A DNA stretch of 64,000 nucleotides from a virus (IMGVR_UViG_2840842423_000001:101185-165184), one strand, 5' to 3'. Positions 46,394 through 56,888 are shown, counted from the first letter of the stretch. Translations and numbers: made by a program. Notes: a model not told the origin generated them from the sequence alone.

Positions 46394-46599
46394 ATGAGAA
46401 AGGAGAGAAGAGAATGGATGAACAGTTATCTAAAGCTCTGAATGACATCTTTGCGTGGTCACAGCATATTAGGGTAGAGGCACAGAAAAAAGGAAATGAT
46501 GGCATTGACGACGATGCGCTGATAATCCAAGAAATAATTGAAGACTATCTTCACGGACTTAATATTGATCCAACAGAAGTAATTGATTTAAACTCACGT

Positions 46600-46615
46600 T
46601 AAAAGGATTGTTTTA
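46600..46615. repeat. TAAA-N8-TTTA intergenic site
   Basis: taaa-aggattgt-ttta; TAA is the stop of 46414..46602 and AGGAG follows. Confidence 0.65.
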
Positions 46616-46765
46616 TAGGAGATGATTAAATGGAACTCACAGACTTAGCATTAGAGATTGAAAGGTTTTTAGTTAGTAAAGACATAAAGGCTTCAGATAT
46701 AACAGTTAACCAGTTAATAGATGAGTTATACAACGATGGATTTGAAGAGTTATAAAATTAATACC

Positions 46766-46845
46766 ATATAATATTATTTGTCTATTGACAGATTGAAACC
46801 ACCGTGGTAAGATGAATACAGATTGATGGACAAATAATATTATAT
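46766..46845 (+). promoter_or_regulatory. sigmaA promoter bracketed by a perfect 17-bp inverted repeat of the phage box
   Basis: atataatattatttgtc (46766-82) / gacaaataatattatat (46829-45); TTGACA 46785-17-TAAGAT. Confidence 0.8.
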
Positions 46846-47741
46846 AGGAGGAGTACAGATGGAAATTGATTATGAAGAAAGTCTTAAGGCAGTTAGAGAT
46901 GTCTTGGTAAACTTTCCAAAACAACATAAGTTTAATCTAGAAGAATTAGATAGGTTACATAAAGAGGAGATTGATTTACTTCACGTAATTGAGCTAGTAT
47001 CGCTGAATGCCGCAGAGGTATTTTTAATTCCCTACAAGCAATTGCAAACAGTTTTGCAAGAAAGAAGGAAGTTGAAAAAGGAAAATGAATTTCTTGAACG
47101 TATCTTACAACTTACAAAACAGCCTAAAATGGGCGAAAAGCAAATTAACCAAGCTATTGGGGATGTTAGGAACATTAAACATAATCAGAGTATTAGAACT
47201 TATAGGATGAAAGCTCGTAAGGATTTACAACACCTGATTGATAATCGTTCCATTAAAATTAAAGTGGGGAACTGAATCATGAGAAACATACTAGGCTACA
47301 TATCAATCGTTATAGCGGTACTTGTTGGTATTAATATAGGATTATACTTCACAGCAAGTGGGTACTATGATATTGCCACATCGGCGCAGCAAGGATACAT
47401 GAATTCTATATTCAGTAATGGTACTTTTATGTTGGGAGTAGCTAAGATTATATTTGCAGGAACAGTGGGATTTATATCATCAATTATAGCTTTAATTCCT
47501 GCATGGTTGTTGTTAAGAAATGAAGGAGGCGGAAACAAATGAAAGCAGAAATTAATGGAATTGTAGTAGAAGGTACACCGGAAGAAATTTACGAATATGT
47601 TAAGCTGTCAAAACGAGATAAAAAGTCTACAAAATCAAAAGCAGACTCAGAATTTGTTAAGCGGTTAGTATTTGGTGATCTACAAGCCAATGAAATCATC
47701 AAAGATATAAACAACAGCTATTCATAATTCTGATGATAAGC

Positions 47742-47770
47742 TTGACAATAGACAAATAATATTATATAAT
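47742..47770 (+). promoter_or_regulatory. sigmaA promoter with phage box
   Basis: TTGACA-17-TATAAT, spacer atagacaaataatatta. Confidence 0.85.
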
Positions 47771-48660
47771 TAACATATACTAATTAAGAAAGGAGAATTC
47801 ATATGAGTGAAATTTCACAACAAGAAGGATTACTAGATTTATTAAATCAGGCACAAGCGACATTGGATGAAGTTTTCTTCCAGTTAGATGGCGGTCATAT
47901 CACAGTTTCTGAGGAAGCGTTGAGCGATATGGAAAGTGTATTAGGAAGAGCGAAGCTGGTGCAATATCAGCTAACATCAAATGTGGAAACAAGTTAAATG
48001 TATACGTACATATGCGATCTGTGCGGTGGTAGTCCGAGTGCAAAAGATAGATATGCATTAATATTCAATGATGGTAAAGATAAGGCACAAATTAGAGGAC
48101 ATAAAGATTGTATTGATCAAATCGAAGCTCAGTTTGCCAAAGTAAGACAAAAGATTAAGAAGAAAAGTAAAGGTAAAACTGAGAAAATTGTATCGGTAAA
48201 AGAACAGTTTGCAGCAATGGAGATGGAGTTAGAAGATTACAGGGTAGAAATGTAACAGTAGATTGACAACACCTTTAAAGGAGGTGAGAATAATGCAAAC
48301 AACTAGCGAGTTAAAGACAGAAATTTTAGATGATCAATTGTTTAATGCAGATAAATCTAATTTAGACAATAGATTGCGAGAATTAGTGTCAATTGATGAT
48401 GTTATAGGCTTGTGGAATGACGAAATCATTCAATAGTTAAATAATATTATAATGGAGGTAATCACAATGAATCAGACAGACTTAGATAATCGATATAAGA
48501 CGGATACGCAGGCTTTAAGAGAACAGTATGAGTTAGAGGTAGGTAAAGCTTATACCGAGGTTGTGAGTAGCTTAGAACAAGAAGAAGATGATGATTACTT
48601 AGATGGTACGCTTAAAGTATCTAGAAATAATAAGTACGATGATGAAGGAGACTTGATTTA

Positions 48661-49935
48661 ATGACGGCTATTGCTAAGGATAGGGGTAATAAAATCAGGA
48701 AGAGAAATGGCTTACTAGTTGATTTTCAAACAAGCAAAATCACACAGGCTATTGAAAATGCAGGAGAGGAAACAGGAGAATTTGGGGGAAAAGAGTCAGA
48801 AAAATTGTCTCAGCAAGTAGTGAATAGTTTGGGTGAAATAAATGAGCTTACAGTGGAGAATATACAAGACATTGTAGAATCTGTTTTGCTCGATTCAAAA
48901 TATAAGACTACCGCTAAAGCGTATATCATTTATCGTGAACAAAGAAATCAACTACGTAAACCTGATGTTTTTAAACAGAGATTAAACTTAAAACCTTATG
49001 AGTATCCTCAAGTTATTGAGTATCAACATGCAATTCAACACTCGTATTGGCTACATACAGAATTTAACTATACGTCAGATATTCAAGATTTCAAGACTAA
49101 TGTAACTGAATCTGAGCGTAATGCAATTAAGAATGCAATGCTAGCTATTGCACAGGTTGAAGTAGCTGTAAAAAACTTTTGGGGAGATCTACATAATCGT
49201 ATGCCTAAGCCTGAGATTGGAGCTGTAGGAGCAACGTTTAGCGCAAATGAAGTCATTCACCATGATGCATACTCTCATCTACTAGAGATTCTAGGATTGA
49301 ATAGTGAGTTTGAACGTATCCAAGAGATTCCTGCCTTGTCCAAACGTGTAAACCATTTAACACAAGCATCTAAGTATGCCAAGTCGGAAAGCGATAGGGA
49401 CTTTACAATTTCAGTGGTTCTGTTCTCTCTATTCATTGAACACGTATCACTATTCTCCCAGTTTTTGATCATCATGTCTTTCAACAAGCATAAAAATATC
49501 TTCAAAGGTGTTTCAAACGTCATTGAGGCGACTTCTAAAGAAGAGCAGATTCATGGATTGTTTGGAATTGAGTTGGTAAATATCATCAGAGAAGAAAATC
49601 CCGAATGGTTTGACGAAGATATGAAAAGAAAAGTTTATGAAGCTTGTCAAAATTCTTTTGAGTCAGAGATGGAGGTTATTGATTGGATCTATGAAGGTGG
49701 AGATTTAGACTTCCTTCCGAAAAATATAGTAAAAGAGTTTATCAAAAATCGTCTAAACAACTCTCTGAAAGGTACGGGTTTTGATCCTATCTTTGAAGTT
49801 GATGAGGAATTAGTAGAAAAGACTGACTGGTATGATGATGAAATTTTGGCTACAAAGCATGTTGATTTCTTTGTCAAAAGATCTGTTAACTATACCAAGA
49901 GAAGCCAAAGCTTTGACGCAAGCGACTTGTTCTAA
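48661..49935 (+). CDS. nrdB: class I ribonucleotide reductase beta subunit with N-terminal ATP-cone (NrdBi/class Id-like)
   Basis: I.KRNG..V.F...KI..AI ATP-cone; IAQVEVAVK.FW, EVIH..AY, E..SLFSQF, EEQIH. Confidence 0.88.
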   Translation: MTAIAKDRGNKIRKRNGLLVDFQTSKITQAIENAGEETGEFGGKESEKLSQQVVNSLGEINELTVENIQDIVESVLLDSKYKTTAKAYIIYREQRNQLRKPDVFKQRLNLKPYEYPQVIEYQHAIQHSYWLHTEFNYTSDIQDFKTNVTESERNAIKNAMLAIAQVEVAVKNFWGDLHNRMPKPEIGAVGATFSANEVIHHDAYSHLLEILGLNSEFERIQEIPALSKRVNHLTQASKYAKSESDRDFTISVVLFSLFIEHVSLFSQFLIIMSFNKHKNIFKGVSNVIEATSKEEQIHGLFGIELVNIIREENPEWFDEDMKRKVYEACQNSFESEMEVIDWIYEGGDLDFLPKNIVKEFIKNRLNNSLKGTGFDPIFEVDEELVEKTDWYDDEILATKHVDFFVKRSVNYTKRSQSFDASDLF

Positions 49936-49945
49936 AGGAGGAAAC

Positions 49946-50119
49946 ATGCGTAATTATGAATTAACATTTTTATATGATTGTATAGTTGGCAGTGTTCCCA
50001 TGTATGAGGGTGAAAAGATGTTGGTTCGAGAAGTGAGTTTTAAAGGTGATAACGTCTCACTGATAAATGACGGGTACGCAGTGATAACTAAAATTGTAGA
50101 GGGAGATAGTAACATATGA
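49946..50119 (+). CDS. small hypothetical ORF between nrdB and nrdA
   Basis: AAGGAGG RBS, ATG 49946, ATGA overlap with nrdA. Confidence 0.55.
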   Translation: MRNYELTFLYDCIVGSVPMYEGEKMLVREVSFKGDNVSLINDGYAVITKIVEGDSNI

Positions 50120-51792
50120 CATTTGAATGGCTAAATAAAGACAGCAGACATTTTTTAGAAAGTGGGTATTTAGAGGAAGGGGTAACTCCTGAACAACGTA
50201 TCCGAGAAATTGCAGATAACGCAGAAAAAATCTTAGGTATTAAAGGTTTTTCTGACAAGTTTTATAGTTATATGAGCAAGGGGTATTACTCCCTATCATC
50301 ACCTGTGTGGGCTAACTTTGGTAATGAGCGAGGTTTGCCGATTTCCTGCTATAGTGTTGATGTACAGGATAATTTCGGAGATATTATGAGAGCTACAGGT
50401 GAAGTAGGAGTGATGAGTAAACTAGGAGGAGGAACTGGTGGCTTCTTTGGTAAGCTTCGTCCACGAGGAGCTAAGATTACAGGTAATGGAAAGTCATCGG
50501 GAGCGGTTCACTTTGTAGAACTGTTTGAATCTCTTATGGACGTGGCGACTCAAGGGTCAGTTCGCCGCGGAGCATTCTCACCATATTTACCTGTTGAACA
50601 TCCTGACATAGATGAATTCTTAGACATTGGAACAGAAGGCAACCCCATTCAAAAGTTAACTCACGCTGTAACAGTAACAGATGAATGGATGCAACAGATG
50701 ATTGATGGAGATGCTGATAAACGAAAAATTTGGGCTAAAGTGTTACAACGAAGAGTTGAAATGGGTTATCCGTATATTTTCTTCAAGAGTACAGTAAATA
50801 ACAACACTGTTGATGTATACAAAGATAAAGGTTTGGAGATCAATCACTCAAATTTATGCTCAGAAATCGCCCTACCAACTAACGTTGAGTGGTCATTTGT
50901 ATGCTGTTTATCATCGGTGAACCTACTTCACTATGATGAATGGAAAGACACAGATGCAGTAGAAACACTTACATATTTCCTAGACGCTGTTATGGAAGAG
51001 TTCACCACTAAGCTTGAAGGAATGCGAGATTCCGATAACAAAGAAGACCAGCAAGCATTTTATTTTATGGAAAAGGCATATAAATTCGCTAAGACAAACC
51101 GCTCATTAGGCATTGGGGGACTAGGTTGGCACTCATATTTGCAGTCGAACATGATTCCATTTGAGAGTATTGAAGCTAGTCGAAAGAATATTGAAGTCTT
51201 CCGACTGATTAAAGAAAAAACTTACAAAGCCTCAGAAGAATTAGCCGAACTATTCGGAGAACCCGAACTGTTAAAAGGGTATAGAAGACGTAATGCGACT
51301 TTACTTGCTCCAGCTCCGACAACTTCATCAGCATTTATCTTAGGTCAAGTTTCGCAGTCTATTGAGCCCTTAATGAGTAATTATTATGTAAAAGACATGG
51401 CTAAAACCAAAGTTACTGTACGTAATCCATACTTAAAAGAAGTGTTAACTAAACACAACAAGGATGATCGTGAGACATGGAACAGTATTCGTGATTATGA
51501 TGGCTCAGTGCAACATTTAGACTTCTTATCAGAGCATGAAAAGAATGTGTTCAAGACTTTCAGTGAGATTGATCAATATGCAGTACTAGACCAAGCAGCT
51601 ATGCGACAACAGTTTATTGACCAGTCCCAGTCGCTTAACTTAATGATTAATCCAAGTACACCAGCCAAAGAGATTAATAATTTATATATTTTTGCATGGC
51701 AAAATGGAATTAAGACCCTCTATTACCAGCATGGTACAAATGCAGCGCAACAGTTCAATAAAGATTTGAATTGTATCATGTGTGAGGCATAA
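50116..51792 (+). CDS. nrdA: class I ribonucleotide reductase alpha subunit without ATP-cone
   Basis: SSP, PISC, GGGTG, RRGA, SNLCSEI, APT.SS, KTLYY, C-terminal CxxC. Confidence 0.92.
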   Translation: MTFEWLNKDSRHFLESGYLEEGVTPEQRIREIADNAEKILGIKGFSDKFYSYMSKGYYSLSSPVWANFGNERGLPISCYSVDVQDNFGDIMRATGEVGVMSKLGGGTGGFFGKLRPRGAKITGNGKSSGAVHFVELFESLMDVATQGSVRRGAFSPYLPVEHPDIDEFLDIGTEGNPIQKLTHAVTVTDEWMQQMIDGDADKRKIWAKVLQRRVEMGYPYIFFKSTVNNNTVDVYKDKGLEINHSNLCSEIALPTNVEWSFVCCLSSVNLLHYDEWKDTDAVETLTYFLDAVMEEFTTKLEGMRDSDNKEDQQAFYFMEKAYKFAKTNRSLGIGGLGWHSYLQSNMIPFESIEASRKNIEVFRLIKEKTYKASEELAELFGEPELLKGYRRRNATLLAPAPTTSSAFILGQVSQSIEPLMSNYYVKDMAKTKVTVRNPYLKEVLTKHNKDDRETWNSIRDYDGSVQHLDFLSEHEKNVFKTFSEIDQYAVLDQAAMRQQFIDQSQSLNLMINPSTPAKEINNLYIFAWQNGIKTLYYQHGTNAAQQFNKDLNCIMCEA

Positions 51793-51812
51793 AAGCATTT
51801 CCATTGTTAATT

Positions 51813-51853
51813 GTTGTAATAGGGGATTAGCTATTAACACCTCCTATTACAAC
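51813..51853 (+). terminator. 13-bp hairpin after nrdA
   Basis: gttgtaatagggg ... ctcctattacaac. Confidence 0.5.
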
Positions 51854-51898
51854 TTCTTATTACTGTTACTTATATTAAAGATGAAGAGGAGAAATATA

Positions 51899-52129
51899 AT
51901 GAGTAAACCAATCTTATTTACAAAACGAGGCTGTGTACCTTGTTCAAGCCTGAAGCGCTTTTTATTGACGGAAACAGAGTTGGACTATGAGGAGATAGAT
52001 GTTGATAAAGAACCTCAAACATTAGAAGAATACGATATTATGTCTGTACCCACACTTATTATTGGAGACAAGCGTGTCACAGGGTTTGTCCCACATGAAA
52101 TTATACAGTTAATTAACGAAGCCGAATAG
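51899..52129 (+). CDS. nrdH: glutaredoxin-like NrdH/thioredoxin
   Basis: CVPC active site, SVPT, GF; GAGGAG RBS before ATG 51899. Confidence 0.8.
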   Translation: MSKPILFTKRGCVPCSSLKRFLLTETELDYEEIDVDKEPQTLEEYDIMSVPTLIIGDKRVTGFVPHEIIQLINEAE

Positions 52130-52238
52130 GAGATACACACCCTCACTAAATAAGCTTAAATAAATATGATTATAATACATAATAGGGAGATTAATTTCTC
52201 CCTAATCTACAATATTTAAAAAGGAGATTTAAACACAC

Positions 52239-52739
52239 ATGAACAAACATTATAAACAAGTTCGAGACTTCCATGAAGCATTTGGACATGAACAAGCAAA
52301 CACACCCACAGAGATTGATTACAGCACAGCTCTAAATCGTGCAATTTGGACAGGGGAGGAACTTGTAGAATTTTTGTATGCTACTGTAGATGGTAACAAA
52401 GAAGAGTTTAGCAGAACATTAAACGAATTTCATAAAGGCTTAGACAAAGCAGCAGTTAAAACAATCGAGAAAAATCCTGACGTAGACAATAAACTTGTAG
52501 CCCAAATGGATGCCTTAACTGATGTTAGCTACTTCAACTACGGTTCATTTGCAGTTGCTGGGGTTGACCCTGAACCTTTGTTTGATATTGTTCAAGATGC
52601 TAACATGGGTAAACTTTGGGAAGATGGCAAACCAAGATATCGTGAAGAGGACAACAAAATCCAAAAACCACCATATTGGGAATTTCTATATGCTCCCGAA
52701 GCCAAACTAGAAGCTGAAATAGAACGTCAATCTAAATAG
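52239..52739 (+). CDS. MazG/PRA-PH-like all-alpha NTP pyrophosphatase
   Basis: V.DFH.AF, EELVEF, DAL.D..Y, V..ANM.K...DGK...K..KP. Confidence 0.75.
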   Translation: MNKHYKQVRDFHEAFGHEQANTPTEIDYSTALNRAIWTGEELVEFLYATVDGNKEEFSRTLNEFHKGLDKAAVKTIEKNPDVDNKLVAQMDALTDVSYFNYGSFAVAGVDPEPLFDIVQDANMGKLWEDGKPRYREEDNKIQKPPYWEFLYAPEAKLEAEIERQSK

Positions 52740-52747
52740 CCCAACCA

Positions 52748-52776
52748 TTGACAACAACCAAATAATATTATATTAT
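52748..52776 (+). promoter_or_regulatory. sigmaA promoter with phage box
   Basis: TTGACA-17-TATTAT. Confidence 0.8.
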
Positions 52777-52865
52777 AATTTATGAGAGGAAGTATTGATC
52801 TACAACTAAGCATAACAACAACTTAGAATCAATATCCTCTCATATTTTATAGACAGGAGGATTCA

Positions 52866-53462
52866 GTGGAAAACTCTAATCAATCACCTGAGCAACTGTT
52901 CCACGATCATCAACACTTAGCAACAGCAACACTATATCGCACACTAGGTCAGCCACACAACGTTGCAAAGAGTAAGCTGATAGAATATGAGGATTTGTTA
53001 CAAGTCACCTACATAGGCTTATGGAAAGCATGTACTACATATAGCCCAAGCAAAGGTAAATTCAAATCTCATGCAATCAATCATATGAAATGGACTCTAC
53101 TTCCGGCACTCAACAACGATTTTAACACATTCAAGTATGCTTCTAACAATACACCAGAAGAAGAATATGAGCTTGCTAGTATGGATGCAGAGATTGGATT
53201 GAATGGAGATTCTAGTAGAACAATGCATGAATCTATTGCAGCAGAAGTCATAGATGATATTGAATCAACCATCATACATAAATCTGAAGTTGAAGAAGCT
53301 ATGGGATTGTTAAATGAAAGACAGAGAGAAATAGTTGAGTTGAAGTCAATGGGTTGGTATGACGCTGATATTGGAAAACAGTTAGGAATATCTAAACAAG
53401 CAGTCAATCAAGGGTATAATAATATTATAAAGAAGATGAGAGAGATAGGAGAGATAGCTTGA
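52866..53462 (+). CDS. sigma-70 family RNA polymerase sigma factor
   Basis: Region 2 EDLLQ...IGLWKA..TY...KF; region 4 L.ERQREIV...DIG..LGISKQAV. Confidence 0.8.
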   Translation: MENSNQSPEQLFHDHQHLATATLYRTLGQPHNVAKSKLIEYEDLLQVTYIGLWKACTTYSPSKGKFKSHAINHMKWTLLPALNNDFNTFKYASNNTPEEEYELASMDAEIGLNGDSSRTMHESIAAEVIDDIESTIIHKSEVEEAMGLLNERQREIVELKSMGWYDADIGKQLGISKQAVNQGYNNIIKKMREIGEIA

Positions 53463-54298
53463 ATAAAGCAGATATTATTTTTAAACAACAAATTGAAGAT
53501 GTATTAAATAATGGAACATGGGATGAGAATCCCAGACCAAGATATGAGAGTGATGGAGAAATAGCTTACACTAAATTCATTTCACAAGTGTATGAGGATT
53601 ACCATTTAGATAAAGGTGAATTTCCAATAACAACTTTGCGTCCGATTGGTTGGAAGAGTGCGATTAAGGAGCTCCTTTGGATATATTCAGATCAAACTAA
53701 TGAATTAAGTGTGCTAAAAGATAAATATAATATTCACTGGTGGGATAGTTGGCAAGTCGAGGGTACAGGTAATATTGGGCAGAGATACGGTGCTACAGTA
53801 AAACGCTATGATCTCATCAATAAGCTAATTAAAGGACTAAAAGAAAACCCATTTGGTAGGAGACACTTGCTAAACTTATGGCAGGAACAAGACTTTTCTG
53901 AGACAGATGGATTGTTACCTTGTGCTATGTTGTCTTCCTACACTGTAAGAAAAGTAGGAGATGATTACTATCTAGATGCTACACTATTCCAACGCAGCTC
54001 AGATTATCTTGTAGCTGGACATATTAACATGGTTCAATATGTAGCATTACAAATGATGCTTGCTCATGAATGTGGAATGAAGGTTGGTAAGTTTGTTAGG
54101 TTTACTCAGAATATACATATATACGACAGACACTATGAACAAGCTCATGAATTACTATCAAGACCAGTAACAACAAAGCAACCTAGATTAATTCTCAATG
54201 CAGAAGGTAAATCATTTTACGATATTAACATAGATGACTTTGAGATGATTGACTATGAACCTACTAGACCACAATTGAAATTTGATTTAGGAATATAA
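53459..54298 (+). CDS. thyA: thymidylate synthase (Bacillus ThyA/phi3T type)
   Basis: FPITTLR, RRH, LLPC, FQRSSD, HIYDRH; 279 aa. Confidence 0.93.
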   Translation: MNKADIIFKQQIEDVLNNGTWDENPRPRYESDGEIAYTKFISQVYEDYHLDKGEFPITTLRPIGWKSAIKELLWIYSDQTNELSVLKDKYNIHWWDSWQVEGTGNIGQRYGATVKRYDLINKLIKGLKENPFGRRHLLNLWQEQDFSETDGLLPCAMLSSYTVRKVGDDYYLDATLFQRSSDYLVAGHINMVQYVALQMMLAHECGMKVGKFVRFTQNIHIYDRHYEQAHELLSRPVTTKQPRLILNAEGKSFYDINIDDFEMIDYEPTRPQLKFDLGI

Positions 54299-54312
54299 AG
54301 GAGAATTACAAC

Positions 54313-54804
54313 ATGATTTTATCATTAATAGCAGCAGTCGATGATTCATTAGGCTTAGGGTTTGAAAATGATTTACTATGGAAGAATAAAGAGGACTTAG
54401 CGTTCTTCAAGCAACATACAAATAACAAGGTTTGTATTATGGGTAGAAAAACTTATGAATCGATTGGCTCTCCACTCAAAGGAAGAATCAACATTGTGCT
54501 AACGTCAGACAAAACATACAATCCACATCCCAACGCATTAGTTAGACACAATTTGTCAGAAGTGTTGCATGAGTTTCGCAACGTCCCTGAGTTAGTCTGT
54601 ATTGGAGGTGAACAGCTATATACAACACTACTTCCATTAGCAGACAGACTATACTTAACTAAAGTACATCACACTTTCAGCCAAGTTGACACCCATTTTC
54701 CAACGATAGACGAAGATGAGTGGTCTGAATACTTCTATAAACAAGGCACAGAGAAAAGTAAATACAAATACACCTTTCATGTATATTCGAGAAAAGCAAA
54801 TTAA
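54313..54804 (+). CDS. dfrA: dihydrofolate reductase
   Basis: LIAA, DL.FFK..T, MGRKTYES, L.GR.NIVL, IGGE, D.LYLT. Confidence 0.92.
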   Translation: MILSLIAAVDDSLGLGFENDLLWKNKEDLAFFKQHTNNKVCIMGRKTYESIGSPLKGRINIVLTSDKTYNPHPNALVRHNLSEVLHEFRNVPELVCIGGEQLYTTLLPLADRLYLTKVHHTFSQVDTHFPTIDEDEWSEYFYKQGTEKSKYKYTFHVYSRKAN

Positions 54805-54817
54805 TATCAATTTTCTA

Positions 54818-54846
54818 TTGACAATAACCAAATAATATTATATGAT
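54818..54846 (+). promoter_or_regulatory. sigmaA promoter with phage box
   Basis: TTGACA-17-TATGAT. Confidence 0.8.
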
Positions 54847-55892
54847 ATATACAACAACAAAAACAACATTAAAGAAAGGAGGTATCACCCATGATTTTTA
54901 GAAATGAGCTAGGACAAATATTAGGCAATGGTGCTGAATTCTTCCATAACGAAGATTCATCATACACAAATATCAAGTGTCCTAATGTAATATTCTCAGA
55001 GAATGACAGAAATTATCTTGGCGTTCAACTCGATTACTCATTCGATGATGGATTCACTCTAGACGAATTATTAGCACTATAACAATTAGTAATCAGTCAC
55101 TGAGTAAATAATATCATATAAATAACAAATGTCATACACAAGTAGGTGAATAAAGTGAAATTCAAGGTTAACGAAAGAGTTGCAATCAAAGATACAGAAT
55201 TAGAAGGTGTCATAACAGATGTATTTGAAAGAAGATCGGTCAATATTCTGGGAGATACAACAACTATCAAATATAAGGTTCAATGTATTGGGCAGCCTTT
55301 GATGTTATTTAGAGAAGATCAACTGTACAGAAAAAGTGAGAAGAGTATCGTTGTACATAGCAAGAGAATTGATAAGGACGCGTCTATACCTCTTAAGCTT
55401 GAGATTGAGTTGTTAGACACGTTGATTGATGGAAGCTTGGATAGGGATGATAAAGAAGCATTTGAAGAGTATACAAAAATGAAGAAAGTGTTGTTGGATG
55501 TATATGAGAATATGGATGTAAGTGGAGGTGTATAGATGGAGACTGTAAAAGTTGAAGCAAAATTAAAGTTTAAATTAGGAGGATATGGTGACAAACTGTT
55601 ACTAAAAATAAAATTTAAATCGCCAGACAAGATTTTAAAAGTGTACAGAAAGTTGATTCTTGAGAGTACAAATTGGGATTATACATATGAGAACTACAAA
55701 GAATTCAATGAGCGTTGTCTACTTTGGTTTACAACAGACAATGAAGGCGCAGTGAGAGAAGTTGTTCAAGAGGAAGTCATCAAATATTTTAAAGGTAAGG
55801 TTGAACAGATTGAAATTAAGGAAATTCAGAAACAAATCAAAGGTGTTAAGAAGATGGAATTTCAAATTGAGATGAAAGAAAATTAATAGCAA

Positions 55893-55908
55893 TAAAATGA
55901 TACTTTTA
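55893..55908. repeat. TAAA-N8-TTTA intergenic site
   Basis: caataaa-atgatact-tttatc, upstream of the C5 MTase. Confidence 0.65.
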
Positions 55909-55952
55909 TCTGAATGAATAAATAATAATATATTATGAACAGGAGATATTTA

Positions 55953-56846
55953 ATGAGAATTTTAAGCCTTTTTGACGGTATCAGTGTAGCGCAAGTTGCT
56001 TTAGAAAAAGCTGGTATTACATACAACGAGTATTTTGCAAGTGAAATTAATAAAGATTCAATCACCGTAACCAAAGACAATTATCCTAACACAGTACATA
56101 TTGGCGACGTAACAAAAATAGATAAAAGTATCATTTCTAACTTAGGTAAAATTGATTTATTGGTAGGAGGTTCTCCATGCCAAGGGATTTCCAGATCCAA
56201 GAATGGAAGACTTAATCTTGATGATCCACGCAGTAAATTATTCTTTGAATATGTAAGGATACGAGATTGGATCATTAAAAACAACAATCCAGATGTTAAA
56301 TTCTTACTAGAAAATGTTAAACCAAATAAAGAAACATTAGAAATTATGAATGAGCATATGGGTTGTGAAGCCACCGAGATTGATAGTGTTCTAGTTTCTG
56401 CACAAAGAAGAAAACGGCTATATTGGACGAATATATACTTTGGTGACTTACCAGAAGATAAAGGAATCAAGATTAAAGATATTGTTTACGACAATACATA
56501 TAAAGTGTTCCAAGATGAACGAATAGAAAACACAAAAACATTCACCAAGAATTATGTTAAATGGGATATAAGTGGTAAAGGTTACGGGTCACAACAAGAT
56601 AGAGCATATTACTTAGATGGAACAATGTGTACAATTCCAAAGCAACAAACAGAGAGTAAAACAAGTATATATCTAGGCGGAGATAAATATAGAAGGAGTC
56701 ACCCAATCGAAATTGAGAGAATGCAAAATTTACCGGATAATTATACTTCAATAATTAAATCACCAAATAAGCGCATGGGATTATGTGGAGATGGGTGGAC
56801 TGCCGATGTGGTGGCTCACATGTTTAAAGGATTAAAAGTTAAATAA
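55953..56846 (+). CDS. C5-cytosine DNA methyltransferase (orphan)
   Basis: LSLFDG, GGSPCQ, LLENV, Q.R.RLYW, ERMQ..P; AGGAG RBS before ATG 55953. Confidence 0.9.
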   Translation: MRILSLFDGISVAQVALEKAGITYNEYFASEINKDSITVTKDNYPNTVHIGDVTKIDKSIISNLGKIDLLVGGSPCQGISRSKNGRLNLDDPRSKLFFEYVRIRDWIIKNNNPDVKFLLENVKPNKETLEIMNEHMGCEATEIDSVLVSAQRRKRLYWTNIYFGDLPEDKGIKIKDIVYDNTYKVFQDERIENTKTFTKNYVKWDISGKGYGSQQDRAYYLDGTMCTIPKQQTESKTSIYLGGDKYRRSHPIEIERMQNLPDNYTSIIKSPNKRMGLCGDGWTADVVAHMFKGLKVK

Positions 56847-56888
56847 TATCATATATAAAAAAATTATTCAACAGAAGGAGATCAAACA

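Noticed and set aside
48661-54298. Introns or inteins in nrdA, nrdB or thyA (common in SPbeta relatives)
   Set aside because: These ORFs are continuous and of normal length.
1385-54846. Repeated AT-rich boxes as a CRISPR array
   Set aside because: Copies are dispersed kb apart and coincide with promoters; there is no repeat-spacer periodicity and no cas genes.
55915-55945. dif-like site (atatattatgaac)
   Set aside because: Only partial similarity to the XerD/RipX arm; better explained as a degenerate phage box.
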